From: an uncultured bacterium
GTDB lineage: Bacteria > Atribacterota > Atribacteria > Atribacterales > Caldatribacteriaceae
Reading direction: 5' to 3'
NCBI GenBank assembly: GCA_937139415.1
Contig: CAKZPS010000055.1
Location: 2,647 to 66,646 of the forward strand
Length of the DNA stretch: 64,000 nucleotides
The number at the start of each line of letters is the position of its first letter. The stretch's first letter is position 1. A program made the translations under genes and the position numbers. Below are positions 20,278 to 30,323 of this stretch, one piece after another. The notes beneath the pieces are model-generated. The model was not told the origin of the DNA and searched no databases. It saw only the letters and a list, made by a program, of their open reading frames with translations.

Positions 20278-22603
20278 ATTTGATAAAATTACCGAGCGCC
20301 TTAACAGTTTCTTCTTCTGTCCGGCAACACGAGAATACGAAGAGATACGTCCTTCCTTTTCTCCCTCAGAAATTACCCTCAATGTACAGAAAACCACAGA
20401 ATTTCAGGAAATGACCCAATTCGATGGAGCTCTGACCCTCGATGGTTTATCCGACCTCCGTCCATTGTTGAGGGTCCTTGCTGTTTCTGGATCAATGCTC
20501 AAAGCGGAGGACCTACTGCAACTTGGGAAATTTTTGTTCCTTTGCGAAGAGGCCGAGCGGTTTTGCAGTGAGCGGAAGATTCGTGAAAAATACCCTACTC
20601 TTTGGGAAAACTGCTTTCGAGTGGTAAGAGGATTTCCTACCCTGCGAAAAAAGATAGAAAGAATTATCGCTCCTGACGGATCTATTCTGGACACGGCAAG
20701 CGACACCCTTTACCAACTCCGTCGAAAAATACGCCTTACCAATGAGCGGATCGAGGAAGTTTTAAACGGTGTTCTCCAAAACCCTCGTATTGTTCCCTTG
20801 CTTCAAGAAAGGATATATACCGTACGGAAAGGTCGTTATGTTATACCGGTAAAATCCCAACACCGACACGCTATAGACGGAGTAATTGTCGATTACTCCT
20901 CAAGTGGCTCTACGGTTTTTGTCGAGCCTAAGGCGATCGTGAAATTAGATAACGAACTGGAGCTCCTCAATTTTCTCCAAGAAGAGGAAATCACGAAAAT
21001 CCTTCGTCAAATCACTGCAGAAATAAGACTCGCGATCCATGATCTCGAGCAGGTTTTTCTCGCCCTCCTCCATCTGGATCTCCTGCAAGCAAAGGTAAGG
21101 TTGGGAAAAACGTGGGAAGGAGTCATTCCTCGGGTGGGGGGAGAACAGTTAGTCATCCGTGGGGGACATCATCCACTCCTTGGCAAAAAAGCCGTCCCTT
21201 TTGATTTAACCCTCTCTCCCAGGGAAAAAATCTTGGTGGTGAGTGGACCGAACGCAGGAGGGAAAACTGTTCTCCTCAAGAGTTTAGCTCTCATCGTGAC
21301 CCTGACCTTTTGCGGCATTCCTGCTCCCCTCCAAGTAGGATCGATGATCCCTTTCTACGGAGATATGGTAGTAGATATCGGAGATCATCAAGACCTGGAG
21401 AATGAACTGAGTACTTTTACCTCGCGCATTTGGCATCTATCGCAAGCGTTGCAAAAAGATTGCTCATCTACCCTTTTTCTTATCGATGAACTTGGCTCAG
21501 GGACCGATCCGAACGAAGGTACGGCCCTGGCTATTGCCACTCTACGGTACCTGAGGGAAAGAGGAGCAACCTGCATCGTGACTACTCATTTACCCATTCT
21601 GAAGTATCGAGCTTTGCACGAAATGGGGGTAGGAGTGGCTTCTTTGGCGATCAACCCCGACACCCTCGAGCCAACGTACCAACTGGTGTTAGGAGAAATA
21701 GGAGCAAGTTATGGTATCCAAATTGCCCAAAGAGTCGGATTGCCAGAGGAAGTGGTCAACGAAGCTCGCTCCTTACTGAACGAGGCAGAGATTCAACTCA
21801 ACGAACTCCTCGTTACCTTAGCACAAAAAAAGAATGTTCTCAATGCTATGGTTGCTGAAGTGAGAGAGCAGGCACAAGAATTAGCAAGAAAAGAACAAGA
21901 ACTCACCGCAAAAAGTACTGAACTCAAACACAGAGAAAAAGTTTTGCTCAAGGAATTCAAACAGCAGTTGGAACAGTATCTCTACCAAACCAAAAAAGAA
22001 ATTGCTGAAATAATCGGTCGCCTGAGAAAGGAGAACCGTCTCGATGAAGAAGAATATAGCCACTTAAAGAAAAAAATCTTTGAGAAAGAACACGACTTAC
22101 AAGCTTTAATACCCCAAGAACGGTTACAGGAAGACGCCTCTCTCTTGCTGCCGGAAATTCGTGAGGGAGATGTGGTCATGGTCGATTTTTTGAAACAGGC
22201 AGGAACGGTCGTTTCCGTGAACGAGAAAAAAGGAGAAGCTTGGGTCAACCTTGGAGGCAGAAGAGTCAAGGTTCCTTTGCTATCTTTACAGAAAACCGAG
22301 GAGCCTCAAAAAGTCTTGGTACCTACTTTCCATTTCTCTTCCCCCAATGCCTCTCGGGTAAAGGGCGAAATAGAAATTCGATCACTCACTAAGGAGGAAG
22401 CTTTAGAGAAACTCGATCATTACTTCGACCAAGTTCTCCTCGCCGGATGGAAAACAGTATACGTCATTCACGGAAAGGGAGAAGGCGTATTACGAGAACT
22501 CACCCATGAATTTCTGCGTAATCACCCTGCAGTAGAAAGTTTTCGTTTAGGATATCCAGAAGAAGGAGGATTAGGAGTAACGGTGGTCACGTTGAAGGGG
22601 TAA
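20246..22603 (+). CDS. mutS2: Endonuclease MutS2 (MutS domain V plus Smr)
   Basis: 785 aa. Walker A GPNAGGKT, a central coiled coil, and a C-terminal Smr domain (IHGKGEGVLR). Confidence 0.92.
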   Translation: MFTSEVLKGFEFDKITERLNSFFFCPATREYEEIRPSFSPSEITLNVQKTTEFQEMTQFDGALTLDGLSDLRPLLRVLAVSGSMLKAEDLLQLGKFLFLCEEAERFCSERKIREKYPTLWENCFRVVRGFPTLRKKIERIIAPDGSILDTASDTLYQLRRKIRLTNERIEEVLNGVLQNPRIVPLLQERIYTVRKGRYVIPVKSQHRHAIDGVIVDYSSSGSTVFVEPKAIVKLDNELELLNFLQEEEITKILRQITAEIRLAIHDLEQVFLALLHLDLLQAKVRLGKTWEGVIPRVGGEQLVIRGGHHPLLGKKAVPFDLTLSPREKILVVSGPNAGGKTVLLKSLALIVTLTFCGIPAPLQVGSMIPFYGDMVVDIGDHQDLENELSTFTSRIWHLSQALQKDCSSTLFLIDELGSGTDPNEGTALAIATLRYLRERGATCIVTTHLPILKYRALHEMGVGVASLAINPDTLEPTYQLVLGEIGASYGIQIAQRVGLPEEVVNEARSLLNEAEIQLNELLVTLAQKKNVLNAMVAEVREQAQELARKEQELTAKSTELKHREKVLLKEFKQQLEQYLYQTKKEIAEIIGRLRKENRLDEEEYSHLKKKIFEKEHDLQALIPQERLQEDASLLLPEIREGDVVMVDFLKQAGTVVSVNEKKGEAWVNLGGRRVKVPLLSLQKTEEPQKVLVPTFHFSSPNASRVKGEIEIRSLTKEEALEKLDHYFDQVLLAGWKTVYVIHGKGEGVLRELTHEFLRNHPAVESFRLGYPEEGGLGVTVVTLKG

Positions 22604-22605
22604 AG

Positions 22606-24540
22606 TTACTGCTTCGGACAAGAAATACAAACCCCCTGGGGGACTCTTCCTCTCTTAAAGGGGAGCACCACTGTTTGACAAGAATCGGAGGGGAGAAGTC
22701 CGGTTTTGGAGCAAACTTCAGTTTCTACCACGTTTTCCGGTCGAGAAAAATCATGTACGGGTATATCCTTGAGTGCCTCTTTCATAACCTTGGCAAAAAG
22801 AGGAGCGGCAATAATCCCACCCGTCTTTTGTGATCCGAGCGGAGTTCGATCATCGTTTCCCAAATATATTCCACAAACGAGGTCGGGGTTAAAGCCTATA
22901 AACCAAGCGTCGATGAAATCCTCGGTGGTACCTGTTTTTCCTCCCGCCGGTCTTCCGATATTCGCACGTTTTCCAGTGCCCCGCTCAATCACTCCTTGAA
23001 GTAATCTGGCCATAATATAAGCAGTATCGGGGGAGAGGACTTGATGGAGTACCGGCTTCTTCTCATAGAGGATTTGTCCCTTCATATCTTCTACTCGAAG
23101 AATGGCAATGGGTTCGGGAACCATGCCCTGATTGGCAAAAGCACTGTAAGCATTGGTCAATTCGAGTAAATTCACCTCCGAAGTGCCTAACGCTAAGGAA
23201 AGGTCTCGACGGAGCTGACTTTTAATGCCCATTCTTCGGGCATAGGTGATCACTTTGTCAATACCGGTCCCTTGGAGAAGCTTAATACCAATGATATTTA
23301 CCGAACCTTCCAGCGCTTCCCGTAACGTAATGGGACCGCGAAATTTCCGTTCGTAGTTTTCCGGTTTCCATCCATTTGGGAAAACCAAGGGTTCATCGAC
23401 CAGAACATCGCTGAGGGTAAATCCACTGTCAATACTCGCGGCATAGATAAAAGGCTTGAAGGTTGAACCGGGTTGACGATAAGCCTGTGTGGCCCGATTA
23501 AATTTACTCTCTTCGTAGTTCTTCCCTCCCACCATCGCTTTGATATAACCACTCTGAGGGTCAATACAGATAATGCCACCTTCATATCCGCTTCCTTGCA
23601 GCGCTTCATTGGCTACCTTTTGAATATCCTTATCCAAGGTGGTATATATTTTGAGTCCCCCGCTGAAAATGGTACGTTCATCGAAATTTTCTCCTAACTC
23701 TTTGAGTAAGTAGTCTACAAAGTGAGGTGCAAGCGAAGGATTCTTTTCTAATCCAGAGAGAACAATGGGTGTGGCCAAAGCTTTTTGCACATCTTCCTCG
23801 GTAATAAACCCAAGCATCCTCATGCGTTGCAAAACTCTTTTCTGTTGCCTCTGGGCGACTTGAAAGTTAACGTAAGGAGAAAAATTGCTTGGTGAACGAG
23901 CGATACCAACGAGCATGGCGATCTCGGCTAAATTCAAGTCGTGCAATTCTTTTCCGAAATATGTTTTAGCCGCTGTCTTGACGCCATACACTCCATGTCC
24001 CAAGTAAATTTGATTGAGATACGCTTCGAAAATTTGTTCTTTCGTGTATTTCCGTTCTAAGGTGAGGGAAAGAAAGATTTCCTTAATCTTTCGATCCCAG
24101 ACCTGCTTGGGGGTAAGAAACCGGCTTCGCGAGAGTTGTTGAGTAATGGTGCTCGCCCCTTCTACAATTTCTAAATTGATTAAGTCTTGCCAGAGAGCTC
24201 TCAGAATCCCTTGGAAATCAATTCCCGGGTGTGAGTAGAAGCGTTGGTCTTCGCTCGCCAAAAAAGCTTTCTTCAGCAAATCCGGTACTTCCGCAAATGC
24301 TACGTAATCTCTTCTTTCCGTAAAGAGTTCTCCAATGAGTCTTCCTTTCACATCATAAATTCGACTGGTGAGCGAAGGGGTGAGGTCTTCGAGTTGACTC
24401 GAGGTAGCCTTAAGATCCTGGAGAAAGAGGACAAAGAGGAAAAGAAAAGCGAGTGCCCCCACCATGAGTCCTCCGGTGAAAGCATAAACGTAAAAATTTT
24501 TACCTTTCACTCTCGTTTTTCCTCTGTTTATCCTTTTCAT
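22606..24540 (-). CDS. Class A penicillin-binding protein (transglycosylase/transpeptidase)
   Basis: GT51 motif EDQRFYSHPGID. Transpeptidase motifs STFKP, SVN and KTGTT. N-terminal membrane anchor. Start placed at MKRINRGK (24540) rather than the ORF-track 24633. Confidence 0.9.
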   Translation of the reverse strand: MKRINRGKTRVKGKNFYVYAFTGGLMVGALAFLFLFVLFLQDLKATSSQLEDLTPSLTSRIYDVKGRLIGELFTERRDYVAFAEVPDLLKKAFLASEDQRFYSHPGIDFQGILRALWQDLINLEIVEGASTITQQLSRSRFLTPKQVWDRKIKEIFLSLTLERKYTKEQIFEAYLNQIYLGHGVYGVKTAAKTYFGKELHDLNLAEIAMLVGIARSPSNFSPYVNFQVAQRQQKRVLQRMRMLGFITEEDVQKALATPIVLSGLEKNPSLAPHFVDYLLKELGENFDERTIFSGGLKIYTTLDKDIQKVANEALQGSGYEGGIICIDPQSGYIKAMVGGKNYEESKFNRATQAYRQPGSTFKPFIYAASIDSGFTLSDVLVDEPLVFPNGWKPENYERKFRGPITLREALEGSVNIIGIKLLQGTGIDKVITYARRMGIKSQLRRDLSLALGTSEVNLLELTNAYSAFANQGMVPEPIAILRVEDMKGQILYEKKPVLHQVLSPDTAYIMARLLQGVIERGTGKRANIGRPAGGKTGTTEDFIDAWFIGFNPDLVCGIYLGNDDRTPLGSQKTGGIIAAPLFAKVMKEALKDIPVHDFSRPENVVETEVCSKTGLLPSDSCQTVVLPFKRGRVPQGVCISCPKQ

Positions 24541-24561
24541 CTCGTGAATATTCCTTATAAT
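24534..24561 (+). promoter_or_regulatory. Candidate promoter for queT (TTTTCA-16-TATAAT)
   Basis: A perfect TATAAT at 24556-24561 lies 14 nt upstream of queT ATG 24576, with -35-like TTTTCA at 24534-24539. This would give a nearly leaderless mRNA. Confidence 0.4.
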
Positions 24562-24575
24562 GATAGTGATCGAGT

Positions 24576-25097
24576 ATGGTATGGTACCATAAAATATTTC
24601 CAAAGAAAACCCATCAACTGACAAGAACGGCATTGGTTGGGGGATGTTACTTTCTTCTCACTGTTCTCCCGCCTTTTTATTCCTTGGCCTATGGCCCAAT
24701 ACAAGTTCGGGTAGCTGAGGCTTTAACGGTCCTCCCCTTTCTCTTCCCTGAAGCTACTTGGGGATTGACCATCGGATGTTTAGTTGCTAACTGCATGGGA
24801 AGCGTAGGCATTATCGACTGCATCTTTGGCCCACTTTGTACCTTTATTGCCGGATACCTTACTTCGCGCGTTTCCCGTCCTTTTTGGGCACCTCTCCCCC
24901 CGGTTCTTGTGAATGCTTTCGGTGTATCAATATACCTTTCTCTTTTGTTTCATGTTCCGTATCTCTACACGGTATTGTATGTTATGCTTGGCGAAATCAT
25001 TGCCTGTTATGGATTGGGACTTTTACTTCTTACCGCATTACACAAAGCGAACTTATGGAAAGGAGTGAAGCAGAATTGGGCTTTGAAGAGCAAATAG
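24576..25097 (+). CDS. queT: Queuosine-precursor transporter QueT (ECF S-component-like)
   Basis: 173 aa multi-TM protein. QueT-like N-terminus ([16 protein letters not shown]...[12 protein letters not shown]). Confidence 0.65.
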   Translation: MVWYHKIFPKKTHQLTRTALVGGCYFLLTVLPPFYSLAYGPIQVRVAEALTVLPFLFPEATWGLTIGCLVANCMGSVGIIDCIFGPLCTFIAGYLTSRVSRPFWAPLPPVLVNAFGVSIYLSLLFHVPYLYTVLYVMLGEIIACYGLGLLLLTALHKANLWKGVKQNWALKSK

Positions 25098-26308
25098 CAA
25101 GAGATATAGAGGTTATCCAAAGGGGAAGTGAAGAACTCATCAGCAAGGAAGATTTATACAGAAAATTAGAACGTTACTATCTCCAAGGAAAAAAATTGAT
25201 CGTTAAAGAAGGTTTCGATCCCAGCGCTCCCGATCTCCATCTCGGACACACTGTCACCTTGAGAAAACTTCGCCAGTTCCAAGATTTGGGCCACGAAGTA
25301 GTGTTTCTCATCGGAGATTTCACGGGAATGATTGGTGATCCCACTGGAAAGAAAGAAACTCGGCCTCAATTGACGGAAGAAGACGTGAAAAAGAATGCCG
25401 AGACTTATGCCGAACAAGTATTTCGCATTCTCGACCCAAGTCGCACTCGGATAGAATTTAATAGTAAATGGCTGAGTCGACTCACTCTTCGTGATTTAGT
25501 GCAACTTACTTCCCGCTTAACTGTGGCTCGCATTTTAGCCAGAGAAGATTTTAACAAGCGTTTCACCTCTGGGAAACCCATCGGTCTCCATGAGTTCCTC
25601 TATCCCCTTATGCAGGGATACGATTCGATTGCCCTCCAAGCCGATGTTGAGCTCGGCGGAAGCGATCAACTCTTCAATCTGCTCGTCGGGAGAGACCTGC
25701 AACGAGAGTTTGGACAAGAACCCCAAGTAGTGCTAACCATGCCCCTCCTTGAGGGAATCGATGGAGTGGAAAAAATGAGCAAAAGCTTAGGAAACTATAT
25801 CGGGGTTAAGGAACCACCCTTTCCCATGTTTGGGAAAATTATGTCTATTCCTGATTTCCTCATTGAGAAGTACTTCGTTCTCCTTACCGATGTTTCTTTA
25901 GCAGAAATCGAGAGAGCAAAAAGAGAGCATAACGCAGGAGTTTTACATCCTAAGGATTGGAAGGAACAACTCGCTTTTGAGATTGTAAAAATCTACCATG
26001 GGCAGGAAGAGGCTAAAAAAGCCCAGGAAGACTTTGAAAAAGCTTTTGGTCAAAGGGGCATTCCTGAAAGCGCCCAAGACCTCATCATCTCCGCCACGGA
26101 ACTCAAGGAAGGGAAAATGTGGATCTTAAGGCTTCTCCAAAAAACGAGCGTTCCTCAATCAAATAGTGAAGCAAGGAGGCTTGTTGAGCAGGGGAGCGTT
26201 TATCTTGACGGCAAGAGAATTCAGGAAGTGAACTGCGACGTTCCCCTCCAAAACGGAAGCTTCCTCAAAATCGGTAAGAAAGCATTCTTTCGTATTCAAG
26301 TGATATAA
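25055..26308 (+). CDS. tyrS: Tyrosine--tRNA ligase (Thermus-like type 2, with S4 domain)
   Basis: HIGH-type LHLGH, KMSKS (EKMSKSLGN), and a C-terminal S4-like domain ([18 protein letters not shown]). ATG 25055 overlaps the queT end; the alternative start is TTG 25076. The ORF-track start at 24836 is a non-homologous extension. Confidence 0.93.
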   Translation: MERSEAELGFEEQIARDIEVIQRGSEELISKEDLYRKLERYYLQGKKLIVKEGFDPSAPDLHLGHTVTLRKLRQFQDLGHEVVFLIGDFTGMIGDPTGKKETRPQLTEEDVKKNAETYAEQVFRILDPSRTRIEFNSKWLSRLTLRDLVQLTSRLTVARILAREDFNKRFTSGKPIGLHEFLYPLMQGYDSIALQADVELGGSDQLFNLLVGRDLQREFGQEPQVVLTMPLLEGIDGVEKMSKSLGNYIGVKEPPFPMFGKIMSIPDFLIEKYFVLLTDVSLAEIERAKREHNAGVLHPKDWKEQLAFEIVKIYHGQEEAKKAQEDFEKAFGQRGIPESAQDLIISATELKEGKMWILRLLQKTSVPQSNSEARRLVEQGSVYLDGKRIQEVNCDVPLQNGSFLKIGKKAFFRIQVI

Positions 26309-26335
26309 GGATTGGTTTGCAATCCCTTTTGATTT
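26309..26335 (+). terminator. Candidate intrinsic terminator after tyrS
   Basis: ggattg-gtttg-caatcc hairpin directly after the TAA, followed by the T-rich cttttgattt. Confidence 0.5.
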
Positions 26336-26366
26336 CGATTAAAATAGTTTATTGTATACGGTGCAT

Positions 26367-26405
26367 CAACAAAGAGTGGGAATAAACCCACTCTTTGTTG
26401 TTTAT
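26367..26405 (+). terminator. Strong hairpin plus T-tract in the nusA leader (terminator/attenuator candidate)
   Basis: 14-bp perfect stem caacaaagagtggg / cccactctttgttg with loop aataaa, then tttat. Ends 22 nt before nusA ATG 26423. Confidence 0.6.
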
Positions 26406-26422
26406 GGATTCGGAGGAGTCCG

Positions 26423-27466
26423 ATGAGTAGAGAAATTTTTGTCGCTATTGAACAAATAGAGAAAACCAAGGGTATTTCTAAGGAAACCCTACAAAAAGCT
26501 ATAGAGACTGCTTTGCTTTCTGCTTATCGCAAAAATTTTAAGAGTTCCCACAAGGGGATTTCTGTAATCCTGGACTCCCAAAGCGGAGCCATTCGGGTAT
26601 TAGCCAAGAAAACCGTGGTAGAAAAATTACGAGATTCAACGACAGAAATCTTACAAGAAGATGCAAAGAGATTAGGGATTCACGCCAACGTTGGTGATTC
26701 CATTGAAATAGAGGTAACTCCAAAGGATTTTGGAAGAATTGCGGCACAGACTGCGAAACAAGTCATATTGCAACGCATCCGGGAAGCAGAGCGGGACCGG
26801 ATTTACGAAGAGTTCACCGAAAGGGAGGGAGAGATCATTACCGGCATTATCAGCCGCAAAGAGGGGCGTAATCTCATCGTTGATTTGGGAAGAATTGAGG
26901 GGATCTTGCCTTCTCAAGAACAAGTCCCCAGCGAAGAGTATAAAACCGGAAACCGAATGAAGTTTTTCATAGTAGAAGTGAAGAAAACCAACAAAGGGCC
27001 TAAAATTACCCTTTCTCGTACCCATCCCAGCCTGGTGAAGAGGCTTTTTGAACTCGAGGTTCCTGAAGTTCAGGAGGGGTGGGTGGATGTGGTTGCCATT
27101 GCTCGAGAACCAGGAGTCCGAAGCAAAGTAGCGGTAGAGAGCCGCAATGAGAAAATTGACCCGGTTGGGTCGTGTATTGGGAATCGTGGTTCCCGGGTCA
27201 GAAACATTATCGAAGAGCTTCGGGGAGAAAAAATAGATATTATCCATTGGCATAACGACCCTCGCATCTTGATCGCCGAGGCACTCAAACCAGCCGAAGT
27301 TCTAAGTGTAACACTTGACGAAGAGAGTAAGACTGCCCAGGTTATTGTGCCTATAGATCAACTTTCTTTAGCTATTGGCAAAGATGGGCAGAATGCTCGT
27401 TTAACTGCTCGAATGAGTGGGTGGCGTATCGATATTAAGGGGGGACGTGGTGAGGAGCAAAAATGA
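26423..27466 (+). CDS. nusA: Transcription termination/antitermination factor NusA
   Basis: 347 aa with N-terminal, S1 and two KH domains (short form without AR repeats). SD GGAGGAG lies 6 nt upstream. Confidence 0.95.
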   Translation: MSREIFVAIEQIEKTKGISKETLQKAIETALLSAYRKNFKSSHKGISVILDSQSGAIRVLAKKTVVEKLRDSTTEILQEDAKRLGIHANVGDSIEIEVTPKDFGRIAAQTAKQVILQRIREAERDRIYEEFTEREGEIITGIISRKEGRNLIVDLGRIEGILPSQEQVPSEEYKTGNRMKFFIVEVKKTNKGPKITLSRTHPSLVKRLFELEVPEVQEGWVDVVAIAREPGVRSKVAVESRNEKIDPVGSCIGNRGSRVRNIIEELRGEKIDIIHWHNDPRILIAEALKPAEVLSVTLDEESKTAQVIVPIDQLSLAIGKDGQNARLTARMSGWRIDIKGGRGEEQK

Positions 27467-27750
27467 AAAAAGTTCCCATCCGTATGTGTACAGGGTGTAA
27501 GGAGAGAAAAGAGAAGAAAGCCCTTATTCGCATTGTCAAAACAACCCAGGGGAACATCGAAATTGATCCTACTGGAAAGAAATCGGGACGAGGGGCCTAC
27601 GTATGCCCCCGCATAGAATGTATAGAAAGTCTCAAGCGGAAGGATTTATCGTTAGCTTTTAAGGTGAATATTGAGGAAGAAGAATTTTTCACCTTGAAAG
27701 AATTGCTGTTCGCGTATCTAGAAAACTCGTCAAAAGGAGGCTCGAGATGA
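27463..27750 (+). CDS. ylxR: YlxR/RnpM family RNA-binding protein (DUF448)
   Basis: 95 aa, RMCTGCKERKEKKALIRIV...GRGAYVC. Canonical position between nusA and infB. 4-nt overlaps on both sides. Confidence 0.9.
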   Translation: MKKVPIRMCTGCKERKEKKALIRIVKTTQGNIEIDPTGKKSGRGAYVCPRIECIESLKRKDLSLAFKVNIEEEEFFTLKELLFAYLENSSKGGSR

Positions 27751-29675
27751 CGAAGATAAGGATTTACAAGGTCGCCGAACGGTTAGGGATTCCAGCTCAT
27801 GAAGTTATAGAGATGCTCCGAGAATTAGGTGCCGAGGCGAAAAATCACATGAGCAGTGTTGATGAAGATCTCATAGAGCTTTTACAGGAGGAATTGAGCT
27901 ACCGTAAGAAACAAGAAGAGGAAGTGAGGAAAAAGAAAGAGAAAACTCTTTACTTCGAAAGCGTGCCTACCTTACGAGAAATTGCCAAACTGTTTAACGA
28001 GGAAATTGAAGATGTTATCCTTCGGCTTGCCGATTGGAACATTGTCGCCGATTTGAAAAAACCCTTGCCCCCCTTGGTGGTAGAAAGACTGGCCCGGGAG
28101 AAAGGTTGGGAGGTAGAGTGGAGAGAGGGTTTACGCAGGGAAGCTATTGAAGCTCAAGAAGAGGAACGATTCCCCCGCCCCCCGGTCGTGACCATTTTAG
28201 GCCATGTCGATCATGGGAAAACTACCTTGCTTGACGCTATTCGGCACTCTAAGGTCGCTGACTCTGAATTCGGGGGAATAACCCAACGGATTGGTGCTTA
28301 CCAAGTAGAAGTAAATGGCAAAAAGATCACCTTCATCGATACGCCAGGTCACGAAGCTTTTACCTCCATGCGAGCTCGAGGAGCCCAGGTAACCGATATT
28401 GCCATTTTAGTTGTTGCCGCAGATGATGGTGTTATGCCCCAAACCATAGAGGCCATTCAACATGTGAAGGCAGCGGATGTGCCTATCATCGTAGTGATGA
28501 ATAAAATTGATAAACCGGCTGCGAACCAGGAACGGGTGAAACAGCAACTTGCCGAACAAGGGTTAATCCCTGAAGAATGGGGAGGGGAAACAATTTTTGT
28601 TCCGGTCTCTGCCTTGCAGAGAAAAGGCATTAGTGAACTTCTGGAGATGATTCTCCTGCAAGCGGAAATTTTAGAACTCAAAGCAAGGCACCGTGGATAT
28701 GCTACCGGATGGGTTATCGAATCCCGTTTAGATCGAGGTAAAGGTCCAGTAGCAACGGTGATCGTGCAGGAAGGCATACTTCGGGTAAGTGATTACTTTG
28801 TAGCCGGTACAAGTTGGGGGAAAGTAAGGAGCCTCTTTGACGATCTCAACCGTCCGATTCGAGAGGCCTATCCATCTATGCCCGTGGAAGTGGTCGGTTT
28901 CTCTGATCTCCCTTCTCCCGGAACGAAACTCATGGTGGTTGGAGAAGAGAAAATCGCCTATCTCATTTCAGAACGAAGAAAAGAACAAGAGAAGGAAAAT
29001 GCCCTTAAGGGGATAGGGAAACGTACCCTTTCCTTAGAAGAGTTGCTTTCACCCGATGCAACGGGCCTTCGCGAGCTCAATCTTCTTCTCAAAGCGGATT
29101 TTCAAGGGTCTCTTGAAGCTATCGAAAGAGCTATCGCTCAATTGCAAAATGAAAACGTGAGAATCAACTTTCTTTTTAAAGGGGTGGGAAATATTAGTGA
29201 GGCCGATGTCATGTTAGCCTCTGCTTCTAAGGGGATTATCGTAGGATTCAATGTGAAATTGCCCAACGAAGTTGCCAAGGTAGCACATCGAGAAGGAATA
29301 GAAGTACGTCTCTATCGGGTCATTTATGACCTCATTGATGATATGGATAAGGCCATTCAAGGAATGTTAGAACCGAAAAAGGTAGAAGAAATCTTAGGAA
29401 GACTTGAAGTCCGCGCTCTATTTAAAATTAGTCGAGCAGGTGTGATAGCAGGATGTTACGTGACTCAAGGGAAAATTGAAAGGGGAGCGTTGATAAGGAT
29501 ATGGAGAGGCAAGGAAATAATTCGGGAAAACGTAAAAATTGCCTCTTTGAAAAGATTTAAGGAAGACGTCAAAGAAGTAATGCAAGGATATGAATGTGGT
29601 GTGGGGCTTGAGGGATTTGACGCCTTTGCAGAGGGTGACATCTTGGAGGCATATGTTATTCGCGAAGAAAGATGA
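27747..29675 (+). CDS. infB: Translation initiation factor IF-2
   Basis: 642 aa. G-domain motifs [20 protein letters not shown] and NKID. Confidence 0.95.
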   Translation: MTKIRIYKVAERLGIPAHEVIEMLRELGAEAKNHMSSVDEDLIELLQEELSYRKKQEEEVRKKKEKTLYFESVPTLREIAKLFNEEIEDVILRLADWNIVADLKKPLPPLVVERLAREKGWEVEWREGLRREAIEAQEEERFPRPPVVTILGHVDHGKTTLLDAIRHSKVADSEFGGITQRIGAYQVEVNGKKITFIDTPGHEAFTSMRARGAQVTDIAILVVAADDGVMPQTIEAIQHVKAADVPIIVVMNKIDKPAANQERVKQQLAEQGLIPEEWGGETIFVPVSALQRKGISELLEMILLQAEILELKARHRGYATGWVIESRLDRGKGPVATVIVQEGILRVSDYFVAGTSWGKVRSLFDDLNRPIREAYPSMPVEVVGFSDLPSPGTKLMVVGEEKIAYLISERRKEQEKENALKGIGKRTLSLEELLSPDATGLRELNLLLKADFQGSLEAIERAIAQLQNENVRINFLFKGVGNISEADVMLASASKGIIVGFNVKLPNEVAKVAHREGIEVRLYRVIYDLIDDMDKAIQGMLEPKKVEEILGRLEVRALFKISRAGVIAGCYVTQGKIERGALIRIWRGKEIIRENVKIASLKRFKEDVKEVMQGYECGVGLEGFDAFAEGDILEAYVIREER

Positions 29676-29953
29676 GGATTGGTGTCTGTCGAATTGAGCT
29701 TTTTATCAGTAGTAGTTTTTCTCTGAAAGACAAAAGGCGAATTATGAACTCTGTGAAGCAGAGACTTCGAAACCGTTTCAACGTCTCGGTGATTGAAATA
29801 CCCATCGATGCTCAGTGGAAAAGAGGAAGCTTAGGGATTTCTTGTGTTGGATTGGATGAGAGGAGCGTGCAGTCGCTCATGGACCAAGTGGTGCGGTTCA
29901 TGGAAGATGACGATCGTTTTGAGGTAAGCGAGCTTACCGTGGATATCTTCTGA
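29672..29953 (+). CDS. DUF503 (YlxP-like) protein
   Basis: 93 aa, SLKDKRRIMNSVKQRLRNRFNVSV... is typical DUF503. Position between infB and rbfA matches Bacillus. Confidence 0.8.
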   Translation: MRIGVCRIELFISSSFSLKDKRRIMNSVKQRLRNRFNVSVIEIPIDAQWKRGSLGISCVGLDERSVQSLMDQVVRFMEDDDRFEVSELTVDIF

Positions 29954-29969
29954 AAGTGTGGTGAGTAAC

Positions 29970-30323
29970 ATGAAAGAGCAAAGACCCAAGCGAGTTGCCG
30001 AACTCATTAAAAGAGAGGTTTCGCAAATTCTCTTATCCAAGATTGAAGACCCTCGCCTGAAGCGATTCACCATTACTCGAGTTGAGGTGTCATCAGATAT
30101 TGGACAGGCAAAAATCTTCATCAGTTTCGAGGAGGATGACGAAAAAGGAGAAAGGATGAAAGTCCTTCACAAAGCTACCGGATTCGTCAAAGCCGAGTTG
30201 GCTCGAAGGATCCGCATTAAATTCATGCCGGAGATTACTTTTGTTGCTGATAATGCTTTCCAAAAAGCTTTTCAAGTAGTTGCCTTACTCAATAGAATGG
30301 AAAAGGAAGATCACCGTGGATAA
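29970..30323 (+). CDS. rbfA: Ribosome-binding factor A
   Basis: MKEQRPKRVAELIKREVSQILL... is an RbfA N-terminus. An in-frame GTG at 29958 is an alternative start. Confidence 0.9.
   Translation: MKEQRPKRVAELIKREVSQILLSKIEDPRLKRFTITRVEVSSDIGQAKIFISFEEDDEKGERMKVLHKATGFVKAELARRIRIKFMPEITFVADNAFQKAFQVVALLNRMEKEDHRG

Noticed and set aside
24541-24600. Possible preQ1 riboswitch upstream of queT. The sequence ATGGTA-TGG-TACCAT followed by the A-rich AAAATATTTCCAAAGAAAAC resembles a small hairpin plus A-tail.
   Set aside because: The stem includes the queT start codon and has only a 3-nt loop, and the A-rich tail is coding. Only 35 nt separate queT from the divergent PBP start, and a TATAAT sits 14 nt before the ATG, leaving no room for an aptamer. 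It does not fit the preQ1-I consensus as I remember it.
24836-25054. Upstream extensions of ORF-track ORFs for tyrS (24836). The same pattern applies to gap (6055), rplT (15791), secG (7852), recX (42565), pgi (53669), and the PBP gene (24633).
   Set aside because: The extensions overlap neighbouring genes or promoters and lack homology. Internal starts with SD sequences match the expected protein N-termini.
24576-26422. T-box leaders for tyrS (and for pheS at 16226-16249).
   Set aside because: tyrS overlaps the end of queT, and pheS starts 24 nt after rplT. There is no 200-300-nt leader in which a T-box could reside.
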